The position numbers and the translations under genes were made by a program. From contig JAUYBY010000093.1 of assembly GCA_030692925.1 (NCBI GenBank), forward strand, positions 11,258 through 75,257: a DNA stretch of 64,000 bases, read 5' to 3'. How positions within the stretch are numbered: position 1 is the stretch's first letter; every line of letters begins with the position of its first letter. Source of the DNA: Candidatus Zixiibacteriota bacterium (GTDB taxonomy: Bacteria > Zixibacteria > MSB-5A5 > RBG-16-43-9). Under the pieces are notes generated by a model. It worked only from the letters and a program-made list of their open reading frames with translations. It was not told the origin of the DNA and searched no databases. This document shows, piece after piece, positions 41,250 through 50,007 of this stretch.

Positions 41250-42428
41250 TTATTTACAAACCTCCCCGAACACCCTCAAGAAATTCCCGCCTAAAATCTT
41301 TTTGATGTCTTCGTCTTTATACCCCCTATTTAAAAGCTCCTGGGTTATTTGAGGCAAGCCAGAGGCATCTTTTATCTCAAGAGGTATAGCCGGGATCCCG
41401 TCGAAATCTGAGCCCAAGCCTACATAACCAGGTCCCACTAATCTGACTATATAATCTATATGGTCAACTAATTTAGCAAGGGTGGTAGGAGGTGGAAAAT
41501 TAGCGTTATGGTAAAGCAAGGAAGTCTCCTCTTCTATCTTTTTATCATCCCCTTTGAACTTCTCCTTGATCTCCTCTTTCTTGACCTGTATTTCCTTATA
41601 GATGCTATCAGAAGCTTTTCTGAAATCATCGTCCAGATAACCGGAGAAAAAATTAATCCCGATAACACCGCCCGATTTGGCAATCGCTTTTATCTGCTCG
41701 TCTGTGAGGTTGCGGTGATGATTACAGATTGCCTTAACGCAGGAATGAGAGGCTATTACCGGAGCTGTGGAGAGCTGCATCACATCCCAGAAAGCTTGCT
41801 CTGAAAGGTGAGAGACATCCACTATCATACCCAGTCTGTTCATCTCTTTTACTGTTTCTTTACCCAAATCGGTCAGACCACCTTTCTGCGAAGAGGTATC
41901 AGCCGCGGAGCTGGCTAAGGGGTTGGAATTCTCCCAGGTCAAAGTCATATACCTTACCCCCAGGCGATAAAAGGTTCGCAGCAACGACAAATCCCCTTCG
42001 ATTGCATGCCCTCCCTCCAGACCCAGGAAACAGGCAATCTTACCTTTTTTATTGATCCTTTTGAAATCTTTAATATTGGTAGCCAACTCCAGATCCTGTG
42101 GATATTTTTCAAGCTGTTGGTAGAAAAGGTCTATTAAATCTAAAGCCTGTTTGGCTGCGCTATCAGGCAGATATTTTGGCTCCACCCAGATGGCAAAAAT
42201 CTGAAGATCAACCCCTCCCTCTTTTAAACGGGGGATGTCGATATGACCGCTGGAGTGCCTCTCGCCAAAGACAAAATCCCCTTTTTTCAACTTGAGAACG
42301 GTATCAGAATGAAGATCGCAGACTAAAGCTTTAGAGTGAAGTTTTTTTGCTCTCATAGAAATATCGTTGGCTCCAAAAGATATTTGGAATAAAAAAAACA
42401 GGACAAAGCCTGTGAGTATTTTATACAT
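41250..42428 (-). CDS. Membrane dipeptidase (peptidase family M19)
   Basis: DLHSDT, GLEGGHAIE, YMTLTWENSN, VDVSHLSE, ASHS and GSDFDG, the metal-binding pattern of renal-type dipeptidases. Signal peptide present. Confidence 0.88.
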   Translation of the reverse strand: MYKILTGFVLFFLFQISFGANDISMRAKKLHSKALVCDLHSDTVLKLKKGDFVFGERHSSGHIDIPRLKEGGVDLQIFAIWVEPKYLPDSAAKQALDLIDLFYQQLEKYPQDLELATNIKDFKRINKKGKIACFLGLEGGHAIEGDLSLLRTFYRLGVRYMTLTWENSNPLASSAADTSSQKGGLTDLGKETVKEMNRLGMIVDVSHLSEQAFWDVMQLSTAPVIASHSCVKAICNHHRNLTDEQIKAIAKSGGVIGINFFSGYLDDDFRKASDSIYKEIQVKKEEIKEKFKGDDKKIEEETSLLYHNANFPPPTTLAKLVDHIDYIVRLVGPGYVGLGSDFDGIPAIPLEIKDASGLPQITQELLNRGYKDEDIKKILGGNFLRVFGEVCK

Positions 42429-42451
42429 AGATACATCAGGATGGTTGAGAT

Positions 42452-42811
42452 CTATTCTTTTTTCTCTCCCTCGGATTCAGAGGATTTACCTTCATCTTTT
42501 TTCGACTCTTCTTTCTTCAACTCGTCCAGATAATTCATCCTCAACTCAAATAGTACGTTTTCTAAGTATTTGTTTTCTTCTTCCTTCAGGTTCCCTTTAG
42601 TTTTCTTCTGCAGGACCTCCAGGATGTCGATCGAGTATTTCGCCTGTTCTAAGTTTTTTTCTATCTTTTGGGTTACCGGGTTGATTAGCTTGCCCATCTG
42701 CTGCAAAGCTGCATTTTGAAACATAAAGACCAGATGTAAGAGAAGCTCATCTTTGGCCTGGCTCTTTTCTTCTTTGGTATCCATACGATCTTGTTCCTTT
42801 AGCCCCATCAA
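42452..42811 (-). CDS. DUF1844 domain protein
   Basis: LLLHLVFMFQNAALQQMGKLINPVTQKIEKNLEQAKYSIDILEVLQKKTKGNL..EE...L.N.LFELRMNY matches my recollection of the DUF1844 core. Confidence 0.7.
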   Translation of the reverse strand: MMGLKEQDRMDTKEEKSQAKDELLLHLVFMFQNAALQQMGKLINPVTQKIEKNLEQAKYSIDILEVLQKKTKGNLKEEENKYLENVLFELRMNYLDELKKEESKKDEGKSSESEGEKKE

Positions 42812-42830
42812 GATGCTACCGGCTAAAAGC

Positions 42831-43025
42831 TCAATCTTTTTCTTCCTCTTCCAGAAATTTAAATGCGATATCCAGATTATGCTGTAGGTCCATCATCTCC
42901 GCATCGATCTTCTTTAAAAGACGCGACAGGTCATAGTCTTTTGATTCAGATACCAGCCTTTTGATCTTCCTCTCTAACTTAGCTGCATCTTGTATCAGCT
43001 CTTCTATTTTCTCCTGTATGTTCAT
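42831..43025 (-). CDS. Small coiled-coil hypothetical protein (64 aa)
   Basis: ORF only. Charged heptad-like composition. Packed tightly between neighbouring genes on the same strand. Confidence 0.35.
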   Translation of the reverse strand: MNIQEKIEELIQDAAKLERKIKRLVSESKDYDLSRLLKKIDAEMMDLQHNLDIAFKFLEEEEKD

Positions 43026-43067
43026 TTTTCATCCCTTCCTTTAAAAGGATTTAAACTATCTCACCTA

Positions 43068-43625
43068 TCACTCGATACTCCTGGTCTTGACCAATCTTTC
43101 AGAGACCCTCCTCATATCCAGGCGATACTGGTTCATCACCACCTGAGCAAGGTCCAGTGGATCTAAGCCGTAATCCTCCAGACCTTTGGTTTTCACCGGA
43201 GTATTCTTACTGGAGATATTAACCCCCAGATGGATTTTGGTGGAGACTTTTGTGCGGGTGACTGTGGAGATGGTCAGCTTGGCGTCCCCGTCGAAGATAT
43301 CGTTCCCCCACCTCTGCAGGATGTCCCCTTTGAGCCGGTGATTTAATTTGTCCTTTAAGATTGACACCAAAAGCTTCTGTTTCAAGATCGCCTTTTCCAG
43401 ATCCAGATCGAAATGCTCAAGGACGAAATGCAGCATCCTCTCACTTCTTACCTGGATTTTCTTCTTGTAGTGGTCGACTCCCACCAGATACTTTTCCTCT
43501 ATCTCGCACGGACCGATGAAGCTGACGATGCTGTCTCCTAAAAGGTCAAATTTAGTATACGCCCAATGAGAGATAAGTTGTTCTCCGGTAAATTTTATTT
43601 CCTCAGACACAAAAAGCGATTTCAT
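43068..43625 (-). CDS. Conserved hypothetical protein (possibly DUF366-like)
   Basis: 185 aa soluble protein. The family assignment is a weak recollection only (…MLHFVLEHFD…). Confidence 0.4.
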   Translation of the reverse strand: MKSLFVSEEIKFTGEQLISHWAYTKFDLLGDSIVSFIGPCEIEEKYLVGVDHYKKKIQVRSERMLHFVLEHFDLDLEKAILKQKLLVSILKDKLNHRLKGDILQRWGNDIFDGDAKLTISTVTRTKVSTKIHLGVNISSKNTPVKTKGLEDYGLDPLDLAQVVMNQYRLDMRRVSERLVKTRSIE

Positions 43626-43673
43626 AATTCCTCACTTTTCCTTGGGTCCATTTTTTGTAAAAATATATGAAAT

Positions 43674-45896
43674 TTATCCAATATCCGCCAGCTTGAATTT
43701 ATCTTTGTAGTTTCGTATAAACTTACTCCTCAGGCAAAGATTCTCCTTCGAGCTCAAATTCCCATCCTCCTGCACGATCTTGAAAGCCCAGTCGCGAGCC
43801 TTAAAAAGAAGCTCCAGATCCTCGGTCAAATCCGCTATTTTGAAATCCGGCAGCCCGTGCTGTCTGGTACCGAAAAACTCCCCAGGACCTCTCAATTTTA
43901 AATCTGCCTCTGAGATTTTGAAGCCGTCCGTAGTGGAGGATAAAATCTGGAGCCTTCTCCTTGCCTCTTCTGAAACCAACTTGGAAAATTTCAGGATGCA
44001 GTAAGATTGTTCTTCGCCTCTGCCGATCCTGCCCCTGAGCTGGTGAAGCTGGGAAAGCCCGAACCTCTCCGCATGCTCGATTAGCATAAGGGTTGCATTT
44101 GGTACGTCTAAACCGACTTCGATTACTGTGGTGCAGACTAAGATATCGTAATCCCTGGAACGAAAAGCTTTCATTACTCTTTCCCTCTCTTCCCTTTTTA
44201 TCCTGCCGTGAAGTAAAGCTATTTTTCTATGGGGGAATATTTTCCCCTGGAGAAACTGATACCCTTCTGTTGCTGCTTTTAAATCAGCCTTTTCTGACTC
44301 CTCGATCAGGGGATAAACGATATATGCCTGCCTGCCTTTTTTAAGCTCCTCTTCTAAGAAAATATACCCCTTCTCAGAGGAGCTTTCATCCAGAAGCCGG
44401 GTTTCAACCTTTTTCCTGCCCGGCGGCATCTGGTTAATCACCGAGATATCTAAGTCTCCATATACTGTCAGGGCTAAGGTGCGGGGAATAGGGGTTGCGG
44501 TCATAACCAGTAGGTGCGGCGACTCGCCTTTGAGCTTCAGACTCAGCCTCTGCATCACTCCGAAACGATGCTGTTCATCTATCACTGCCAGGCCCAATCT
44601 GTTGAAATTCACCTCTTTCTGAATCAGGGCGTGTGTGCCGACTATAATCTTTCCCTTTCCTGAGGAGATCTTTTCCAGAATCTCCTTTCTTTCCCCGGAT
44701 TTGACTGAACTGGTTAAAAGGATCGGTTCAATCCTTAACGGCTCCAACAAGGAGGAAAGACTCAGATAATGTTGCTCTGCCAAAACCTCTGTTGGTGCCA
44801 TAATAGCTGTCTGGTAACCGTTTTCTATTGCCATTAGCATAGCTATGAGTGCAACCACAGTCTTCCCTGAGCCAACATCCCCCTGCAAAAGCCGGTGCAT
44901 AGCCTTACCTGAAGAGACGTCCTGATAGATCTCATTTAAAACCTTCCTTTGATCTTGAGTTAGCTCAAAAGGGAGACTCTCTAAAAATCTTTTCACTATC
45001 TCTCCAGGCCTTGAAAAGATCGAGCCTTTCTCCTTTAACTCCGAATGTCTTTTCCTCAAGGCTAAAAGGAGCTCTAAATAGAAAAGCTCCTCAAAGGCTA
45101 ATCTTTTCCTGGCCTTTTCAGCCTCCTCTGAGGAATCCGGAAAATGGATAGTTTTTAAAGACCAGTCCAATGCCGGAAGCTCAAGCTCTTCCCTTAACTT
45201 ATCTGGAAGCGTCTCCTGAATCTGGGGAAAAAGGTTTTCCAGAAGATAGCTGATGATCCTGCGGAATCCCCGACTATCCAGGTAAACAGATTTAAGCTCT
45301 GAAGTTGAGGGATACAGGGGGATAACCCTCCCGGTATGGATTAACTTTTCCCCCTTTTCCGAGTTCGGGTCCACATGACCGGAGATTATCTCAAACTCCG
45401 GGTGAGGCATCTGTAAACCGTAGAAAGTTCGCACCTCTCCAGAAGCCACAACTGTATCCCCCTCCTTGAACTTGTTCTGAATATATTTGATCCCGGAAAA
45501 CCAGACCAATTTCAGAAAGCTTTTCTCATCTCTTAGGATAACCCAGTATTGAGGGGTTCTCCATCTTTTTATCCCGTAGGACTCAACTGTTCCCATCACT
45601 GTTGCCCTGGAGTTTACCTGAAGCTCGTCCATTGGCGTTATGGTGCTGCGGTCTAAATATCTGCGCGGGATGTGATACAGAAGGTCTTCAACACTGTTTA
45701 TTCCAATAGTGGCTAAAGCCTCTGCTTTAACCGGACCGATCCCTTTCAAGTACTGAACCGGGCTTTGAAGGTCTAATTTTCTCGGCCTGCCTGCTAAAGA
45801 CTGAGCGTCAACCGTTGAAGCCGCTCTCAAAATGTGCTCCTGAATGAAAAAATTATTAATCCAGGATATATTAATCTTTTTCCCAAAGCCTGTCAA
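43674..45896 (-). CDS. recG: ATP-dependent DNA helicase RecG
   Basis: Wedge domain followed by SF2 helicase motifs GDVGSGKT, DEQHRFG and MTATPIPRT, plus the C-terminal TRG motif region. The true start may be downstream of the first ATG. Confidence 0.93.
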   Translation of the reverse strand: MTGFGKKINISWINNFFIQEHILRAASTVDAQSLAGRPRKLDLQSPVQYLKGIGPVKAEALATIGINSVEDLLYHIPRRYLDRSTITPMDELQVNSRATVMGTVESYGIKRWRTPQYWVILRDEKSFLKLVWFSGIKYIQNKFKEGDTVVASGEVRTFYGLQMPHPEFEIISGHVDPNSEKGEKLIHTGRVIPLYPSTSELKSVYLDSRGFRRIISYLLENLFPQIQETLPDKLREELELPALDWSLKTIHFPDSSEEAEKARKRLAFEELFYLELLLALRKRHSELKEKGSIFSRPGEIVKRFLESLPFELTQDQRKVLNEIYQDVSSGKAMHRLLQGDVGSGKTVVALIAMLMAIENGYQTAIMAPTEVLAEQHYLSLSSLLEPLRIEPILLTSSVKSGERKEILEKISSGKGKIIVGTHALIQKEVNFNRLGLAVIDEQHRFGVMQRLSLKLKGESPHLLVMTATPIPRTLALTVYGDLDISVINQMPPGRKKVETRLLDESSSEKGYIFLEEELKKGRQAYIVYPLIEESEKADLKAATEGYQFLQGKIFPHRKIALLHGRIKREERERVMKAFRSRDYDILVCTTVIEVGLDVPNATLMLIEHAERFGLSQLHQLRGRIGRGEEQSYCILKFSKLVSEEARRRLQILSSTTDGFKISEADLKLRGPGEFFGTRQHGLPDFKIADLTEDLELLFKARDWAFKIVQEDGNLSSKENLCLRSKFIRNYKDKFKLADIG

Positions 45897-46113
45897 GGAG
45901 TTTTAGGCAGGAGTCTGAAAAGTCAAACCGTTTCAGGCTAAAGGTTGGCCATATACCCTGAACACATCAAAAACCTTTCGGTTGTATGCTGTCTTCTCTT
46001 CTTTTTTGAGAATGTTATCGGAGAGGTAACCTGCTCTGGCTTAAATTCTTAGGCTGAGTCTATTCTAAAATTCGGATTGTCTGGAAAAATTTTTAGAAAA
46101 ACCCATTTTTTAC

Positions 46114-46142
46114 TTGACAATATTTATCTTTTACTTTATAAT
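46114..46142 (+). promoter_or_regulatory. Consensus sigma70 promoter TTGACA-17 nt-TATAAT
   Basis: TTTTTACTTGACAATATTTATCTTTTACTTTATAAT read directly from the sequence, about 240 nt upstream of the CDS at 46385. Confidence 0.7.
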
Positions 46143-46384
46143 AATTTCAGAATTCTACGTAAAAATAGATGGTAGTCCCTGTAGGGGATGACAGGTGGGT
46201 TTGAAAATATTTTTTACCAAAAGGAAAGGGTAAATTATTTTAAGTTGAAAGTTGGCTCTTAACTTTTATCAAAACCCCATTTAAAGGAGGTGAAGGAAGT
46301 TCTGAGGGGGAACAGACCTGGAGGTAAAAGAAGGAGATACCAACCAGATCAACACCTTTAAATCTTTCAAGAAAGGAGTTATTT

Positions 46385-47161
46385 ATGCTCAAAAAAGTTT
46401 CCTTGATTGTTGTCTTGATATTGATTCTGGGAAGCGCCTCCTGGGCAGCTAATAAGATGGTTGCCACCAGTGATGCCAATAAGGTTGCACTGAATCTTTC
46501 CGCAGATGAGCCCCTGGGTGGGGTGGTGGTGGCGCTGAAGTTCGCTGAGCCTGGGACAAACGTCATCTGCACTAAGGCGGATTTCTCAGGTGGAATGGCA
46601 GACTATATCGCCGATGACGGCCAGAGCGGAGCCAAATTCACCATCATCGATAACGAGAAGAAAACCGTCCTGGCTGTGGCTATACCTTTCACCGCTAAGG
46701 CTATTCCGCAGGGTGAAGGGACTTTTTTAAACCTGGAATTCAAGGGCGAGGGAAAGGTCAAATTGGAGCAGACCACCATCTCTCATCAGACCGGCATCTC
46801 CCTGGTGAATACCAAGGCACAGGAGCTCAAATTTGATTTCAACCCGATTGAGCTCACTGCACCGAAGGTCCAGGCTCTTCCAAAAGATTTCTCTTTGGCT
46901 CAGAATTATCCTAACCCCTTCAACCCTTCAACCACCATTAGCTATGCTCTTCCTACCAATGCTTATGTAAAGCTTGTGGTTTACAACATCCTGGGACAAA
47001 AGGTGAAGACCCTGGTAGATGAAGAGCAGACTGCTGGATACAGGCAGGTAGTCTGGAATGGCCAGAACGACAAGGGCTCAGCGGTCGGAAGCGGAATCTA
47101 TTTCTACCGCATCCAGGCAGGTGATTTCACCAAGACCGCCAAGATGAGTTTGCTGAAATAA
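46385..47161 (+). CDS. Secreted cohesin-like beta-sandwich protein with a T9SS type-A C-terminal sorting domain
   Basis: Signal ...GSASWA|ANK. An N-terminal module of about 140 aa (LGGVVVALKFAEPG...GEGTFLNLEFKGEG) resembles cohesin-type folds (weak). The CTD is FSLAQNYPNPFNPSTTISYALP...VVYNILGQKVKTL...GSGIYFYRIQAG. Confidence 0.7.
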   Translation: MLKKVSLIVVLILILGSASWAANKMVATSDANKVALNLSADEPLGGVVVALKFAEPGTNVICTKADFSGGMADYIADDGQSGAKFTIIDNEKKTVLAVAIPFTAKAIPQGEGTFLNLEFKGEGKVKLEQTTISHQTGISLVNTKAQELKFDFNPIELTAPKVQALPKDFSLAQNYPNPFNPSTTISYALPTNAYVKLVVYNILGQKVKTLVDEEQTAGYRQVVWNGQNDKGSAVGSGIYFYRIQAGDFTKTAKMSLLK

Positions 47162-47214
47162 GATATTACTTCCTCATTTTCTTTCCTGCGGATCCGAATC
47201 AGGACCTGCAAAAA

Positions 47215-47241
47215 GCCTTCCCTACGGGGGAGGCTTTTTTT
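47215..47241 (+). terminator. Rho-independent terminator
   Basis: GCCTTCCC-TACG-GGGGAGGC (8 bp stem with one G.U pair) followed by TTTTTTT. Confidence 0.85.
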
Positions 47242-47595
47242 CTGTCAAACTGATGCTGAACCCATGTTGGGGGCAACGTGGGTCTACCAGCTGATTGGGA
47301 AAAGAAGGTTTTTGGTAGGTCGGACATTCCTGTCTGACATAACAGACAAAAATGTCTGTTCTACCAATCGTTAACCCCATTTTGCCCTCAAGATGGAGTT
47401 GATAATTTATTCTCATCCACTTTAGTGGCGTAACCTCACCCTTTCCCTCTCCTTGAAAAGGAGAGGGAATACCCGCCTCACTCTCAAAGTAGGTGTATCT
47501 GTTTTTTGACCTTGTATTTGAATATTCCGCTTGTTTTTTCGTATAAAAACATTAAATTAACCACTCGATCGAATATCGAACAAACTGGAGGAGAA

Positions 47596-47787
47596 ATGTC
47601 AAGAGCTTGTGAGGTCTGCGGAAAAAAACCACAATACGGTCATACGGTCAGTCATGCGCACAATCTGACCAAAAGACGCTGGCTGCCAAATTTGCAAAAA
47701 GTCCATGCCTTAGTCAATGGTGAAAGAGTTACCATAAGGGTCTGCACCAGTTGCCTAAAAGCCGGCAAGGTACAGAAAGTAAAATAA
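47596..47787 (+). CDS. rpmB: 50S ribosomal protein L28
   Basis: [36 protein letters not shown]... with GGAGGAG 5 nt upstream. The longer track ORF (47506) is an artefactual N-terminal extension. Confidence 0.93.
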   Translation: MSRACEVCGKKPQYGHTVSHAHNLTKRRWLPNLQKVHALVNGERVTIRVCTSCLKAGKVQKVK

Positions 47788-47792
47788 AAATA

Positions 47793-47871
47793 CAGTGGCG
47801 AGTGGTCGGTGGTCAGACCCAACACCACCCTGTGGAAATTACTGACCACTGGCCACTGATCACTGACCACT
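47793..47871. repeat. Inverted pair of heptamer-repeat blocks (CAGTGGC GAGTGGT CGGTGGT CAG ... ACTGACC ACTGGCC ACTGATC ACTGACC ACT)
   Basis: Read directly from the sequence. It starts 6 nt after the rpmB stop and ends 4 nt before the next start codon, and can fold into a long hairpin. Confidence 0.8.
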
Positions 47872-47875
47872 ATTC

Positions 47876-48589
47876 ATGGCCCAACTGAGAATTTCCGCCA
47901 AGGACTTAGGAGTATTCGCCCTGCCGGGGTTTTGCCCTCGCTGCGCCTGGCTAAAACTTCACGTTGCCAACAAATTACCCTACCAAATCTTTCCGGGAAT
48001 TTTCAGCTCCATAGATTCATATACCAAGAAATTCATCAGCTCTTTTTTTGAAAAGTATGGTCATTTCCCTGAATGGCTGGGATCAGAGGATAAGTTTGTC
48101 AGCCTCGTAAAAAAACTCCATCATTCTAACTTCAATATTTTAGATCAGACTAACGACATACTTCTGACTGGCGTTCCGGATGAGATTTTTAAGCTAAAAG
48201 ACGGCTCCTATTTTGTCCTGGATTACAAAACTGCCAAATATACTGAGACCCAGGATAGTCTTTTACCCTTGTATGAAGTCCAGCTAAACGCCTATGCTTA
48301 CATTGCGGAGAGGACCGGCCTCTCGCCGGTGAAAAAGATTGCTTTAGCTTATCTGGAGCCGCAGACTGGTTTGACACATGAGAATGTAGAACAGTTCAAA
48401 ACAGGTGACGGCTTTGTTCTCCCCTTCGCAGGAAAAATCCTGGAGCTCGACTTGAAACCTAATAAAATCCCGGATTATCTAAAGAAAGTCCGAGAACTGT
48501 ATGACCAACCTTCCCCTCCTCAAAGTAAAACAGAGTGCAAGGATTGCCAGCTTCTTGAAAATCTCTTTAAAATCCTTTTCCAGAAATAA
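47876..48589 (+). CDS. PD-(D/E)XK nuclease, RecB/Cas4-like, with CxxC...CxxC
   Basis: GVPDEI (motif II Asp), VLDYKT (D-x-K), EVQLNAYAY (QxxxY of RecB-family nucleases), N-terminal CPRC and C-terminal CKDC. Confidence 0.65.
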   Translation: MAQLRISAKDLGVFALPGFCPRCAWLKLHVANKLPYQIFPGIFSSIDSYTKKFISSFFEKYGHFPEWLGSEDKFVSLVKKLHHSNFNILDQTNDILLTGVPDEIFKLKDGSYFVLDYKTAKYTETQDSLLPLYEVQLNAYAYIAERTGLSPVKKIALAYLEPQTGLTHENVEQFKTGDGFVLPFAGKILELDLKPNKIPDYLKKVRELYDQPSPPQSKTECKDCQLLENLFKILFQK

Positions 48590-48595
48590 AAAGTA

Positions 48596-49447
48596 ATGCC
48601 CCAGAACTCTAAGGCAAAATATATCTGGATAATCTCGGACGGCTCTGGAGCGACTGCTGAAAGGGTTTTACAGGCATCTTTAGTTCAGTTTAAGGATAAG
48701 GATATAATTATCGAGAGTTTCCCCAATGTTCTAAAAAAAGAGCAGATCAAGGGAATTGTTCAGAAGGCCTCAAAGAATAAAGTCCTTATTGCCTATACCC
48801 TGGTCAGCCCTGAGTTAAGAAATGAGATTGTCATCCAGACTAATCAATACAATCTACCAACTGTTGACCTCTTGGGGCAACTCCTTACAAGTTTGAGCAA
48901 TTTTTTATCTTCACCCCCTGAGGCCAGACCAGGTTTACTTGCACAGATGGACCACAGTTATTTCAAAAGGATCGACGCAGTTGGTTTTGCTGTGAAACAC
49001 GATGATGGCCACAGAGTGCGGAACTTAAACCAGGCAGATTTGGTAATCACTGGAGTATCCAGAACCTCCAAGACCCCTTTAAGCATTTATTTAGCTTACA
49101 ATAAAGGACTGCTGGTAGCCAATATCCCTTTGATTCTTGGAATAACCCCACCTGAAGAGCTTTTTCAGATAGACCAATCCAAAATCGTGGGCTTGACCAT
49201 AAACCCTGAGCTTTTGATAAAACTCCGCCAGAGCAGATTAGCCCAGCTTTCCCACCCGGACATAAACTATGCAGAGCCAAAACACGTGGTAGATGAGCTG
49301 AATTATAGCCATAGAATCTATCAAGAAAACCCCAAATGGCCCATAATCAACATCACCGGCAAAGCCATAGAGGAAATAGCCAACCAGATCTGCAGACTGA
49401 CCATAGACCGGGTAAAATGTATTGACTCAGAGGAAAAAATGGGTTAG
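48596..49447 (+). CDS. Pyruvate,phosphate dikinase / PEP synthase regulatory protein (DUF299 kinase/pyrophosphorylase)
   Basis: IWIISDGSGATAERVLQASLVQF and the P-loop-like GVSRTSKTPLSIYLA. Confidence 0.85.
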   Translation: MPQNSKAKYIWIISDGSGATAERVLQASLVQFKDKDIIIESFPNVLKKEQIKGIVQKASKNKVLIAYTLVSPELRNEIVIQTNQYNLPTVDLLGQLLTSLSNFLSSPPEARPGLLAQMDHSYFKRIDAVGFAVKHDDGHRVRNLNQADLVITGVSRTSKTPLSIYLAYNKGLLVANIPLILGITPPEELFQIDQSKIVGLTINPELLIKLRQSRLAQLSHPDINYAEPKHVVDELNYSHRIYQENPKWPIINITGKAIEEIANQICRLTIDRVKCIDSEEKMG

Positions 49448-49452
49448 TTTTT

Positions 49453-49506
49453 GGAGTGCGAACCTTTAGGTTTGCCAAAAAAAGTAAAGCTAAAGCTTTG
49501 CACTTC
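49453..49506. repeat. Two-hairpin palindromic element, copy 5
   Basis: GGAGT GCGAACC TTTA GGTTTGC CAAAAAAA GTAAAGC TAAA GCTTTGC ACTTC. All non-Watson-Crick positions are G.T. Confidence 0.8.
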
Positions 49507-49536
49507 AGCAGTTCATTCAATGTTGATTGTTCTCTA

Positions 49537-49890
49537 ATGAAAAACTTAGAAGCCATTCGCACTAGATATTTGCAACAGGACTCAGCCAGGCGCATAGGAG
49601 GGCTGGCAGCCAATTTAGCCCGTATTGCCTCTTTCGCAGATAATCCAAATAATTTCAAAGCAGTAGAAACCACAATAGAAGAGAGTAAATTTTTAATTGA
49701 ATGGATAGCCCCTGGTCTACCCTTAGAAATCCAGTCTAAACTGGTTGAACTCCAGATCCAGCTCTCTTTATGGCATCTAAAGTTTCCTGAAATATGCAAA
49801 GACCCAGAGTCGATTAAGAAAATGATTACCCAAGCTACCGCCTGGTCAAAAGAGCTTTTGAAATTATCGGGATTGATTGAGGATAGTTAA
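49537..49890 (+). CDS. Hypothetical all-helical protein (117 aa from the ATG at 49537)
   Basis: ORF with protein-like composition. The first 27 codons of the track ORF (49456) are encoded by the repeat element, so I trimmed the start. Confidence 0.4.
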   Translation: MKNLEAIRTRYLQQDSARRIGGLAANLARIASFADNPNNFKAVETTIEESKFLIEWIAPGLPLEIQSKLVELQIQLSLWHLKFPEICKDPESIKKMITQATAWSKELLKLSGLIEDS

Positions 49891-50007
49891 ATTTCAGTTA
49901 TCTAGCAAAATCTAAACTATCGGCTTGAGAACATAAATAATAGTAGATTAATTGAATTAGTTTCTACTCTCAAGAAATTCAAGATATATATTTTTGGAGG
50001 ATGAAAA

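Noticed and set aside
45897-46113. Search for tRNA, tmRNA, RNase P or 6S RNA in the larger intergenic regions (45897-46384, 59698-60221, 47242-47595).
   Set aside because: I saw no cloverleaf-compatible segments with a GTTCGAATC-like T-arm, no GAGGAAAGTCC (RNase P) box and no tmRNA ends. Absence by eye is not proof, and a covariance-model scan is still advisable.
47506-47595. N-terminal extensions offered by the ORF track (rpmB from 47506, helical protein from 49456, radical SAM from 53251, CBS-like gene from 56106).
   Set aside because: The extensions are encoded by repeat or intergenic sequence, or overlap the upstream gene. Internal starts with good RBS or conserved N-termini ([19 protein letters not shown]) fit better.
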